A DNA stretch of 63,977 nucleotides, the filler included, from Folioceros fuciformis (taxonomy: Eukaryota): assembly GCA_049999805.1 (NCBI GenBank). It is 5 parts of 4 records of this genome, joined end to end, with 100 filler letters (N's around TTAATTAATTAA, not from the genome) between each part and the next. Parts side by side here need not be neighbours in the genome. Positions count along the whole stretch, not along the records: positions 1 to 29,258 come from JBNGIO010005990.1; positions 29,359 to 47,764 come from JBNGIO010005990.1; 3 more parts are not named here. One strand, 5' to 3'. The position numbers and the translations under genes were made by a program. The notes beneath the pieces were generated by a model that saw only the letters and a program-made list of their open reading frames with translations, was not told where the DNA came from and did no database searches. Shown piece by piece: positions 24,542 to 36,003 of the stretch. Every line of letters starts with the position of its first letter. The first letter of the stretch is position 1.

Positions 24542-24942
24542 CTCTACTCAGCAGAAATGTTGCTCCAGCCGAGGACGGAAACTCATCTCCCTTTCTGTTG
24601 CTTCCCGATCAGTGAGCAGGACCAAGGCATGGCGGGTTGTTGGCAAAACCAGCTTCATCCCGCAGCTAAGGAATTCCCATTTGTGTTGCTTCCGGAAGAG
24701 GAGCGCGAACCTATGTCGGCCAGTTGCTGAGATCAGCTTCGTCAAGCGTTGATGCGTGCGGGTGCCAGCAATCCCATGGCGGGTGTCCCTGCGATTCCAA
24801 CTTAGCGGTCATCGTGGTGCTTGAAGGCCGAAGAGCCCGTGCACCAGTCTGCCAGCCTTCAAACCTTATACGTCATACATACTATAGTTGTCGCTGCACT
24901 GCTAAATTCGAACATTCGCGCAGTTGCTCCACCCCGAGGAGC

Positions 24943-26502
24943 ATGACAGGAGAGACTCGCGAAATAACAGCGCGGCTGGATCGTGTCGGGAAGCTCCTGT
25001 TAGCAGGTGGGGTGGCAGGTGCTGTTGCCAGGACGTGCACAGCTCCTCTGGACCGTGTGAAGATCCTCTTTCAGGCAAGTATGTGAAAGCATGCGCGCGA
25101 GCAGCTGAGAAGTAGCAGGCTTGGAGTGGAGCTGATGGTGTGTGGGAACCGTGATGGGCAGGTGCAACATGTCAGCCAGTGGGGACTGCGTTCCACGCCC
25201 TACACTTCTGTGGGGCAAGCTCTTTCAAAGATCTGGCTAGAGGAAGGGGCTCGTGCCTACTGGAAAGGGAATGGAGCCAACGTGATCAGGATTTTCCCCT
25301 ACTCTGCTGCGCAGGTATTTCTCAACACTGTCCGTGGATGACAAAGTGCCGTCTGTGCCCCAACGTTAGCGTCATCAGATTGCTGTAGGAGTTCCTCGCA
25401 TCGCAGGTGCTTATCATTCTTCACCTCATCTGCAGGTGGTATTTTCCTGTTGTTCATTCCTCTCCTATGGAGATTGTAAGACACATAAGTTGCTCAACTT
25501 GTCCTGTGCCTTGAATTTCGTCTGTTCTACCGCTCTGATTCTCGACTGTGTTCACAGTTCATGTCCCACGACTACTACAAGGAGCTACTAGCTGGGCCTG
25601 ATTGCAAGCTCGCAGTGCACCAACGACTGTTAGCTGGGGCTCTGGCCGGAATCACAGCAACATCCTTAACCCATCCCCTGGACACATTGCGCTTGAGGCT
25701 GGCGTTGCCAAACCCAGAGTTTTCAGGCATCCTCCACACTCTTCGCACGATTCTGGCCAAGGTAGGGCTCACAACTGCACTTCCATGCTTTTTCTTTCTT
25801 GCAATTCCTGGCATATCTATAGCTTACCATGTCCGTCTGCCTGTCTGTCCAGGAGGGACTTTCCGCTCTGTACAAAGGACTCGCTCCAGCCATCATTGCC
25901 ATCACCCCTTACGCAGCCATTAATTTTGCGTCGTAAGTGCCCGCCCAAACCCCCACTTAGTTACAAAACTGTGTCAAATTTCAATCTTTCCACGCCTTAA
26001 TCAGCTGGTTGTGCATTCATCAGCTATGACATGTTGAAGAAATTGGTTTACGAAACCGGCCAAATCCAGGAGACTGCACCCATCACCCTGCTGATAGGCT
26101 CAGCTGCAGGCATGGTGGCCACAACCACATGCTACCCTTTAGACACAATTCGTAGGCGAATGCAGGTGAGATATATCCCTACTTTGATTCCAGCCAACTC
26201 ATCTCTCTCGCACACACTTACAACCGATCTGCAGATGCAAACCGCATCCTACGCCAGCACTTGGCAGGCACTCACAACCGTTTACCACCGTGAAGGCGTA
26301 AGGTACACTATGTAGCCAATCAACCCGTTGTTTCCTCAGCTCCTTCAACAACTGACATGAAACTAGTTGACTTAATTGCAGAGGCTACTACCGTGGCTTG
26401 TGGGCGACCTCCATCAAGATCGTGCCTCAGAACGGCATCAGATTTGTAGCCTATGACATCCTCAAGACCCTCCTAGGCATCTCCAAGAGTGCCAAGGACT
26501 GA
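24943..26502 (+). CDS. Mitochondrial carrier family protein (thylakoid/envelope ADP,ATP carrier-like), 7 exons
   Basis: Three PxDxx(K/R) signatures: APLDRVKILFQ, HPLDTLRLRL, YPLDTIRRRMQ; YWKGNGANVIRIFPYSAAQ. Intron 1 has a GC donor (GCAAGT at 25075). Confidence 0.9.
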
Positions 26503-26592
26503 ACCTTCGTTTTATATATCCATACCTTTCCTCACTCTCTGCAAGAAGCTCGAGGAGGCGAAAAAATGTTTGCTCCAAGAACCAGACAGGCA

Positions 26593-29258
26593 TCATCTAG
26601 TCCTACGACTCACTACGGTAGCAGCAGACGGAGGAGGAGGAGAAGAAGAAGGAGGAGGAGCAGAAGAAGAAGCAGGAGCCTGTTGTTGGGCCTGCCCGGC
26701 CTCGGATTTCACCATGACGGGCTTGAACTGGTAGACGGAGTATATCACGTTGCGGCGAATTTGTGCCATCATGTCAAGGAATAGATTATATCCCTCCAGC
26801 TTGTACTCGATTAGCGGGTCCCTTTGCGCATAACCGCGCAAGCCAACGGCTGTCTGCACAAACTTCAGGGCCTGCAAGTGCTCCTTCCACAGATTATCGG
26901 TCTGCGAAAGCACGAAATATCTTTCGGCCTCGGTCATCAACCCCGCAGCTTGGCCTTCCACCTCGGCGCGTTTCCTCAGATACGCGTCCCTGCCAGCAAC
27001 CCGGAGGAAGTCCCGGAGGGCATCCACCGTCTCGCACTGTCGGGCGATTTGCTCGGGCTGAAGATCGTCCAGCAGGTAACAATACTGCCGCACTTTGGAG
27101 CAAAGCGCGTCCAGATTCCACTGCTCCCGCGGAGCCGAGGCCGGGACATAGGCGTTCACGATGTCTTCCATGGTCAGCTCCGCGTACTCGATCATCTGCG
27201 GCTGCAAAGAAGGCGACACCAGCGCGCGCCGACGCTCGCTATACACCCGGTCGCGCTGGCTGTTGAGCACCTCGTCGTACTCAAACAACTGCTTCCGGAT
27301 ATCGAAGAAGTAGCTCTCCACTTTGCGCTGTGCCTCGTCCAGGCTGCGCGTCAGCATCTTGGACTCGATCGGGAGGTCCTCCACCCGGAAGGCCCGCATC
27401 AAAGCCTGGATCCGGTCCCCGCCGAAGATTCGGAACAAATTATCCTCCAGGCTGAGGAAGAATCGGGAACTCCCGGGATCGCCTTGCCGCCCACTCCGCC
27501 CGCGGAGTTGGTTATCGATCCTCCGGCTCTCGTGCCGCTCGGTGCCGACGACATGCAGCCCTCCCGCCGCCACCACCTGCTGCCGCTCCCCCTCCGTGAA
27601 CGTCCTATACTCCGCCACCAACGCCTGGAACGCGCCCCGGAGCTCCGACACAACAGCGTCCTCCGTCGGGCCCTTCTCACACGCGTAGGAAAGCCGCTCC
27701 TCCGCCTCCAGCTCCGTCAGAGTCCCCGCCCCCCACGCCACGGACGCCGCCCGGCAGGCGGCGGCCGCCACCTCCGCCCCAGCCGGGGACAGCGGGCATG
27801 GGAACAGCGCCGGATTCGCGTTCCACGACTTCCTCGCCGGGAGCTTACTCCCCTTCTGGAACGGAATCTCGCCATCTGCAAGCTTCACCACCTGCGGCAT
27901 CAGCATCTCCCGCAGCTTCAACTTCGCCATGAAGTCCGCGTTGCCCCCCAAGATAATATCCGTCCCGCGTCCCGCCATGTTGGTAGCTATGGTGACAGCC
28001 CCCAGCCTCCCACTCTGTGCGACGATCTCCGACTCCCTTTCCACGTTCTCCGGCTTCGCATTCAGCACCTGGTGCGCGATCCCAGCCTCCTGCAACTGTC
28101 TGGACAATGCCTCGCTCTGCTCCACACTCGTCGTCCCCACCAGTACGGGCCTCCCCGTTTTGTGCATCCTCGCAATCTCCACCACCGTGGCGCGCCACTT
28201 CCCACTCGCCGTCCTGAACACCACGTCCGATTCATCCTTCCGCACCATAGGCTTGTTGGTGGGCACCACCGTCACCTTCAGCTTGTAGATGCTCCCGAAC
28301 TCCTGACTCTCAGTGGCCGCAGTCCCCGTCATCCCACACAGCTTGGGGTACTGCAGGAAGAAGTTCTGGTACGAAATGGACGCCAGCGTCACAGTCTCGT
28401 TCTGGATCTTGACCCCCTCCTTCGCCTCCACAGCCTGGTGCAGCCCGTCACTCCAACGCCTACCCTGCATCACCCTTCCAGTGAACTCATCCACAATCAT
28501 CACTTCCCCCGAGCGTACGATGTAATTCACATCCCGCAGAAACAACTCCTTCGCCTTGATCGCGTTAAGCAAATAACTCGCCCACTGCTCCCGCGGATCA
28601 TACAAATCCTTCACCTGCAAAATATCCTCCGCGGCCTCATACCCCTGCTCCGTCACAAGCACCGTCTTCTGCTTCTCATCCACCGTGTAATGCACATCCT
28701 TGGCAAACACCGAGGCAATCTTGGCAGCCTTCTTATACCTCTCACTGGGCTTCTCCGCAGACCCAGATATGATCAACGGTGTACGGGCCTCATCAATGAG
28801 GATGGAATCCACCTCATCAATCACACAAAAATTAAATCCCCGGAGCACCAAATCATCCTTGCTCGTCGCCAGATTGTCCCTCAGAAAATCGAACCCCAGC
28901 TCACTGTTCGTCACGTACGTAACATCACAACCATAACTCTCCCGCCTTTCCGCGGGACTCATCCCTTGCTGGATCAAGCCGACCTTGAGCCCCAAGAATC
29001 TATGCACCTGCCCGACCCACTCACAATCCCGACGCGCCAAATAGTCATTCACCGTCACCGAATGCACGCCTTTTCCCCCTAACGCGTTCAGATACGCCGG
29101 GAGCACCGCCACGAGCGTCTTCCCCTCCCCAGTCCGCATCTCCGCGATCTCGCCGCGATGCAGCACCATCCCTCCAATCAACTGCACGTCGAACGGGCGC
29201 AACCCTAAAACCCGCTGGGCCCCCTCCCGCACCACTGCAAACGCCTCCGGCAGCACGG
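26593..29258 (-). CDS. SECA1: Plastid preprotein translocase SecA1; intronless over the visible 887 codons; 5'-truncated at contig end
   Basis: [114 protein letters not shown]. Plant/cyanobacterial-type insert after GTDIILGGN. Confidence 0.96.
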
Positions 29259-29358
29259 NNNNNNNNNNNNNNNNNNNNNNNNNNNNNNNNNNNNNNNNNN
29301 NNTTAATTAATTAANNNNNNNNNNNNNNNNNNNNNNNNNNNNNNNNNNNNNNNNNNNN
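29259..29358. other. Artificial contig join (N-run with TTAATTAATTAA six-frame-stop linker)
   Basis: Linker at 29303-29314 inside a 100-bp N block. Confidence 0.95.
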
Positions 29359-29551
29359 TAATGGCATCCAGCCTTTCCTTCCCATCTACAGCCGAATTCT
29401 GTACATCGCTGCAGGCCGTCGCGGGAATCGACGCCTTTTTCCCATTAACCCGCCGCGCGCGCAGCAGGACCAAGGCCAACAAAGCTCCGACCAGCAGCGA
29501 GGTCGAAACCCAGGACACGCTCCACGCCGCGAGGGGAACAGGCGCGCCCAT
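29359..29551 (-). CDS. N-terminal fragment of a membrane-anchored protein, possibly squalene epoxidase-like FAD oxidoreductase; truncated by contig end
   Basis: MGAPVPLAAWSVSWVSTSLLVGALLALVLLRARR (signal anchor plus basic residues), a linker, then ERLDAI at the gap. This resembles the D-x-I-I-V-G-A-G start of a Rossmann fold, but the GxGxxG itself is not visible. Confidence 0.4.
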
Positions 29552-30887
29552 ATCCCGGGTCCCGCGTCTGCTCCGTCACATGGACGGGTATGACAAGCAA
29601 GGAGAAATGCATTGCCAACGTCACAGTACGTACATAAAAAAAACATTCCGCCAAACATTCCGCCATTCCGCCAGTTGGCTGGTCAGGGCTCTCACACGTC
29701 TCCAAAACAGCCGTCATCATCACACTTTAGAGTTTTCCCAAGTAAAACCCAGACCTAAGACATCGGCAGGACCGACTCCAAGAGAAACTTCTACGTCCTG
29801 GTCCACTAGTGCAAGATCCACAGCTGTTGAATGATTTCCATGCCTCGGGAACGCAGCGATGGAGTTGGAGAATGTCCGCAAGAACCGAACCTCGTGCTGC
29901 CGCCAAACTGCTTTCCAATCAACGTCTGGGCTAGAACCAGCTTCCCTTTCCGGCGTGGGAAGGATTGAAGCAGGTTTGCAGCGCCTGAGAGGCTTCTGCG
30001 CAAGAAAGTGAGTTTCAGGCTCAACGAGAAAGGAAAGGAACCACGCAACGGAGACACTAGCCCTAACCTGGCTTGCGGAGGACGAGCGTCGATCGTCCGG
30101 GCTGCTTTCACGGCAAGCGTTGAGTGGTCCTGGACCCGGAGTTTATCAGCCCTACCGCCGGCCAGGAGATGCTGGACGGCTTCCCCGAGCGTGAAAGTCC
30201 CGTATTTGGACACCCAGACCATGGCCAACTGCCACCGCCACCGCTCAAGCCTTCGCTTCAATCGTCTGTCCCGAGCTCGAGCAGCGTGGCCGGTAGACTG
30301 ACCTCCCAACCCTGAGAACCTTATCCGCGTCAGCGCCGTCGGCCTCATCCACCCGAACCGACGGTGCCAGCTTGAGGAGGAGACATAAGGACAGGTCCGC
30401 GGCCCGGAGAGGGATGTCCAATCCCAGTAACGCATTGGCCCGCCGCCGGGCCCCGCTTCTTCCCCCCATCATCAAGCCCCAGCTAAATCCCTGCAATACC
30501 CTGCCGAGCCGCTTGCAGTGGACAAGGGATTCCTCCAGATCGGCCGCGCTAGACCGCGCGCAGTAGGTACCGACATTCTCGCTGCAGTTGCGGGTTTTAC
30601 ATAATGAGACTTTTGCCAATAGTCAGCAAGGAATCTCGAATGCAGCCCCCCAGCTGCCCAGCATATCGTTCAGACGGCTTGCGGTCGGGACGTTTGCTCT
30701 CAGCCCCGGTACTTCCATCCCCATGCTGCACTGCTGCAATGTCACAGTGGACGAGAGGATTCGTCACAGACCGGCTGAGTGATTGTTCCTCATGGCCTCA
30801 CTCCGTGAAAAGGTCAGAGAAAATGGAATTTAGTTCTGGATTTATAAGGGAATAGGACATCAGACAAACATTTCCGCTGTAGCAGCG

Positions 30888-32647
30888 ATGGCGGTGGTTG
30901 CTCTCGCGGGGTCGTGTTCGTACGCGGAAGCTAGTTGGATCAGGCTGGATAAGAGGAAAAGGTGCAGGGCAGCGAGGAGGGTGTTCACCGTCGTGTCGGT
31001 CTATAGGCAGCCTTCCAATGGTGAGAGCGGAAGGGCTTGCTCTGAGCTGGAGTCACTGGGTCATGCACTTGCACCTCCTTCTGATGGAATTCTTTCCGCA
31101 GACGATGGGTTGACTGCCCAGGAGTTCTTTGAATCGTTCCTCAAGAGGCGGCAGGCGGAGAGTGACCTGGTGTCCAGAGCCAGTGATCTGTTGTGGAGAA
31201 AGGAAGTACAGCAGGTTGATGATGTGAAGCGGCAGGAAGTGCAGGAAAAGCTCTCTCGGATTCAGAAGGTATCACCTTGGAAGTGCGCGTCCTGAAGATG
31301 GAATGCCTCATCTGTTTGGTGAAGGTCTGGTGAGAATCTGTGGCTCACGGCTTCGTGTCTTGGCTTTTTCAAGTGACCTGCTCAGATTCGAGAAGAGGAA
31401 GAAACGGACTACAATCCTGGGTTTTTAAAGTTGAGCCAAGCCAGGAGCTGGAGCCTGGGTGTAGAGGATGCACCTACCAACTCCGCCCGCCTGGAGGAGG
31501 TGGGTTTTAGATCATTTTCCCCATCCAGGGCATCAGTCCACAAACATCGCCATCATGTGCCATTGGGTTTCTAAAGGTGCACCTGCTCAGTGCAGGAACG
31601 AGATAGAGCCAGGGATGATAGGAGAAGACAGAGTATGCTAGAGTATGAAGCCGTAAGTCATGACTCTGCATGTGCGTCCATTTTGAGATATGCGCAGGCC
31701 ACGTTGCTCACTGGCTTGTAACTGGTGTGGCAGTTGAAGCGGGAGCTGTCTGTGATGACGGTGGCCGTCGCATCGGTCTGTGATCTTTACTGTCTGCTGG
31801 TTCTATCGCCTGAGGTTAGAATCTAGTTTCAATTGTACCCACACCCTGATAGATGTATATGTATGTGTCCATAGCTCGATCGTTTGTTCCTGGGTTACAA
31901 TAATGGTTTGATTCGCTGTGATAGGCCGCTTTAAGCTATGCCCTCGGAGCATCGGGAAGGTATGACTGTGACCCAGTGACGTCCTCTCATTGCCCTGTCC
32001 AGGTCGTGTCACCAAACGTTTAGGCTGCGTCTGTGTACTGTATACATTCTGGGAGAAGGCAACGTCTAACCGTTTCTGACTACTGTGGCCAGCTGGTTCT
32101 ACCTCCAACTTCTCTACAAACATGTCGACAACGTATCAGAGGATAATGTGGCAGACATCTTCAGGAAGCGCAAAGCCAAAAGGTATTTGAAATGATCTGT
32201 GCTGCCTTCTCGAGACTGGGAATCTCGTCTATTTATCGGAAGACTTTCAACTCATCCGCTCCTGTGCCTCACTCACATGGAAAATGTAGGATTGGGATAA
32301 GATCTAGTGACGTAGAAGACTCATTTCGGAAGTGGATAGAGGGCCTGCGGATCGTTTCTCAAGGGTCTCCTCGCCTGTCTTTACTGGCAGCACTCTTCGC
32401 GCTGGCTGCTGCATCAGATCGTCTGCCTCCAGGCTATCCCCACCTTCAAGTAAGTATAAGTACCTGGTAGATCACACGTTTTAGAAGTTACAGAATTTGT
32501 GACCAACTGGATGTGGGTTGTCTGGTGCAGCTTACACCCTTGACGCTCGGATTTCTGGCGTACAAAGCTGCAGCTCTGTTACAGGCTTACCGTGACAACA
32601 AAGATCTGGTTGTCATCTTTGAGAAGAATAATCCGAGTCCAAAATGA
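30888..32647 (+). CDS. Chloroplast membrane protein of the CGL160/AtpI-like family (~8 exons)
   Basis: Transit-like N-terminus; GFLKLSQARSWSLG; LEYEA|LKRELSVMTVAVASVCDLYCLLVLSPE|AALSYALG; YLQLLYKHVD; RIGIRSSDVED; SPRL; LGFLAYKAAALLQAYRDNKDL. Confidence 0.75.
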
Positions 32648-32933
32648 AGCTTGTTTTCTTTTGTAGCAAAAGGGAAAGGGATTTGAGCCAGAAACGTTCT
32701 AAATGAAAGTAGGCCACTAATGGGCACGGATTTGCTCAATCTCAGCCCCCTACACACGGAATGTATGTACAATGTTGAGGTAAGAAGCACCCATGGTTAA
32801 AGACAGGTGCTATGTACGTAGGTTCCCACTTGCCTGGTTCCAGTTTAGTGCTTAGGCGCTGTCATGAGAACAGTTGCAAAAGAACTGGACTTAGTGCTGA
32901 TGAAGCACAGTTCCTCAGTGTAATGTCAGCCTC

Positions 32934-34649
32934 TCATGCCTTCAGGCTCGAGGTCTCTGAGAGCTGGGCGTACACAGCTTTGAGGCGACGACCGTTGTGC
33001 CATAAAAAGACCGCCATGAGGGAGGCTAAAAACATAGGTATCCCAACCCCCAGCGAAACTGCAACAAGCACCTCTGTCGAGCATCCCGGGAACCTACGCC
33101 ACATGGAGAAAGGTCCCCTGGCGCGTGGTCTGCTTGTTTGCCTGTCCCACAATACTTGCACATGGAGCTGGCTCATCCTCTGGTCATCCAAATCCTTCCA
33201 GGTTGATATCAGCTGCACTTGACGTGCATTAGCCCCAATGCCCAGTGAGGCGACCACCACTCTTGCTCGGCGAGGCCATCCAGCCTTGCCATAACCATGA
33301 TAGCCCGTGCCCCCAGCATAACACAGTTGAATTCCCAACAGATCCCCGCAGTAATCATTCACGTGATCATGCCCTACAAACGCTGCCTGAACATCAGCTG
33401 CTTCCAGCATCGATGCGAAGAAACCGGAGTTGATGGACGCTGAGCATACGGACTCCTGATGTTGGCCAGTGATGCTTGAGATGTGAACAACGTCATCATA
33501 CTCAGGAACAGGGATATGGAAGTAGGCTAATCCCGGAGCCGTGCTTGAAAGCTGCGTGAATTAGCAACAGCAAATGGTTAAAGTAGCATGTAGCAGGTCA
33601 GAGAAGACGTCATCTACAACCATCACACCAGATGAACATGAAAGGAGTTGAACAACGAGACCTGTTTTGACAGCTTCTCAAACCAGACTTGCTGGCTAGC
33701 ACGTATCCAGTCATAGCCGTCTACCCCTGGCACTTTAGAGTAAGCACCACTGTCCAGGAAAAACAGGTTGAGCAGACTTGTATTTGCTGTGACTGAGCCC
33801 AGAGGACCAAAGACTTCAAGATTGTAATTCCCAACACCAGCGATTTCCAAGTAATTGGCATCCCCACTACTTCCACCATCTAGAGACTGTGGAAAAGCCC
33901 TGGCGAGTGAGAACTGCATGCCCGATAAATGGGACATGAGATCCGGTCGCGCAAGATTAGCCTCGTCATCATGGTTCCCCAATACTGCAGCCCAAGGAAT
34001 TTTCGCAGCTATCACAGGAGAGAAGGCTTCATCCATGGACTGTGCAGCATCCACAGCACTGCCATCAATGTTGTCACCTAGCCATCCCCAAGGTCAGAAT
34101 CACAGAGCTCAAGTCACTCATCGAACCAACACCGTGCACAAGGCCGATTTCTCTCAACTTCCGAGTCTCCGAATTACCTGTGAACACAACCAGATCTGGT
34201 TTCTCCTTCACTATGAGTCGGGTAACGAAAGCTGTGGTGTTGAGATCTGAACAGAAGCTCATTTGCCAATCAAGCACGTCCTTGCATTCAGTCTTCAGTC
34301 CGTTGGCATAATGCATATCTGCAATCTGGATTGTGCAACAAACGGTGTGAGTGCCTACACAAAGATACTGACCCTCAGAAGCAGAGTTACTGCAGCCAGC
34401 TCAAGACCCCAGCAAGGTGTCGACATCTGCACATTCAAAAATTCGAGCCCCAAAACACCACAGGTAGTGCAGAATAACCACGACCTGAAGAATCTTGAAC
34501 TGGCCCTGCTCATTGAAGCGGAGGGGAAGCAGGGCATCCGATGAGGCCACGCCCACTGCTACAACACAGAGACATAACAGGGCTGTGCAACACAGTGCCC
34601 CACGCAGCTGCATGGTCGAAAGCCGCGGATTCCACTCATGTTCTGCCAT
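32934..34649 (-). CDS. Metallophosphoesterase, purple acid phosphatase 14/28/29 (DCR2-like) family, with signal peptide and C-terminal transmembrane helix
   Basis: LRFNEQGQFKILQ|IADMHY; CSDLNTTAF; EKPDLVVFTG|DNI; WAAVLGNHD; LFFLDSGAYS; AYFHIP; AFVGHDHVNDYCG; CYAGGTGYHGYGKAGWPRRARV. Confidence 0.9.
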
Positions 34650-36003
34650 GAACGAAGGCCCCGACGTGCCCTTGCCTTCCTAGATCCGTTGCAGCATTGA
34701 GCCTGATGAGGGCCTGGCGTAGGCAAGTGGTGCAATCGTGTGGCATTTGTTTCCAATCAATCCTGATTTTTTCTCGTTAACTTACAAAATCAATCAATCC
34801 TAATTCGTCGTTATCGTTTTTCTGTGACGTGAGAAAGTAACACGACTTCGAATGCTTCCTCTCCTCGTATCTGGTCCCTCCCAACCACCAGCGGGTTGGT
34901 AGGGCATTACGCACGATCAAGGCACGACGCAGCAGACAAAATTGTCCGCGGGTTGTGGTACATGCTTTCCATCATCTAGAGTAAATGGAGCCATGTTCTT
35001 GTTGCACCATTGCTCGGCATTGCCCGTCTCTGCTACGGGCAGGCCAATCTTTCAACTGGTTACGAGAATGCGTACAGTGTCAACAAGCCAGTGGGCACAA
35101 TCTCAGCAGCACAGAGAGAAATGCCACGATGGCTTGCAACAGGAGCCGTGTTTGGTTCAGAAAGCCATAGGTCGCATCGCGTATCAAAGGGAAACAGAGC
35201 GTATCTGTTCTCAAGCAGCCCAGTGTCCAGCTTCCGGGACGAGACTTCTCTTCACGGTCACCAATGTCTGGTACGGAAAGAGCTGATTGCGCAGCAAGTG
35301 CTCGCGAAGATGATGTGGCCGGAAGAACCGTATATAGCAAAAGATTCTCTCGAGAACTGGCCGGGATGCATCCTCATTGGACCGCAGGGCGGGCATTGTA
35401 CGGAGGGTCTGGCGCCCGTTTTGTTAGGGTACGGCTGCGTTCCTGCCAGGCCGAAACGCCTTCAATTCGTCTGGCATGTCAATTGCTGGCTCCAAACAAT
35501 CGGGAACAATTCCATCCGCAGGCTGGGATGCCGCGGACATGAGTCGTAACCGTCGATTATTCCGTGGAATGCCCGCACTCTGTGCAGGCGAGCTTCTGGC
35601 CCTCGTTTACAACTGATCCGCATTGATCTCTCCCCTTCCTAACTTTTCTCGCCCCGCCTCCTCCTCGCGATAATTCTGGACACTGTCATGAGCAGCGGCA
35701 TATGGTGAATACCACAGGTGAATGAGGTAATTTGCCTTAGCTTGCGAAGGAATCCGATCAGTGTTGCTTAGTATAAAGAAAGCCTGCTTGATTGGCATTG
35801 CGCGGTGTCAGGTGCAGAAGAAGGCCTCTCAAGGTTGCATGTTGCACAAATTTCAAACACCCGTTATGTGTCTCGGCGCTCACAACCTCCAAGGCAGAGA
35901 CAGATCATGCTCTTCAGCAGAGTGTGAGACGTAGGAGCTGCCGGTGAAGGCATGGAACTTTTCAGGACTTGGCATATCATGAATCGTTAGCGTGGTTGCA
36001 ACC

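Noticed and set aside
26824..29082. 752-aa ORF antisense to SecA1
   Set aside because: Shadow frame produced by the codon bias of SecA1; His/Leu/Pro-rich with no motifs.
26593..29258. SecA as bacterial contamination or HGT
   Set aside because: Plant plastid-type sequence, contiguous with intron-containing plant genes on the same contig.
29806..30620. GC-rich, coding-looking minus-strand ORFs (124 and 209 aa)
   Set aside because: No recognisable motif or convincing splice model; may be a pseudogene, but unsupported.
34942..35800. Overlapping ORFs up to 179 aa between the PAP and DRC9 genes
   Set aside because: No family motifs; likely promoter/UTR sequence.
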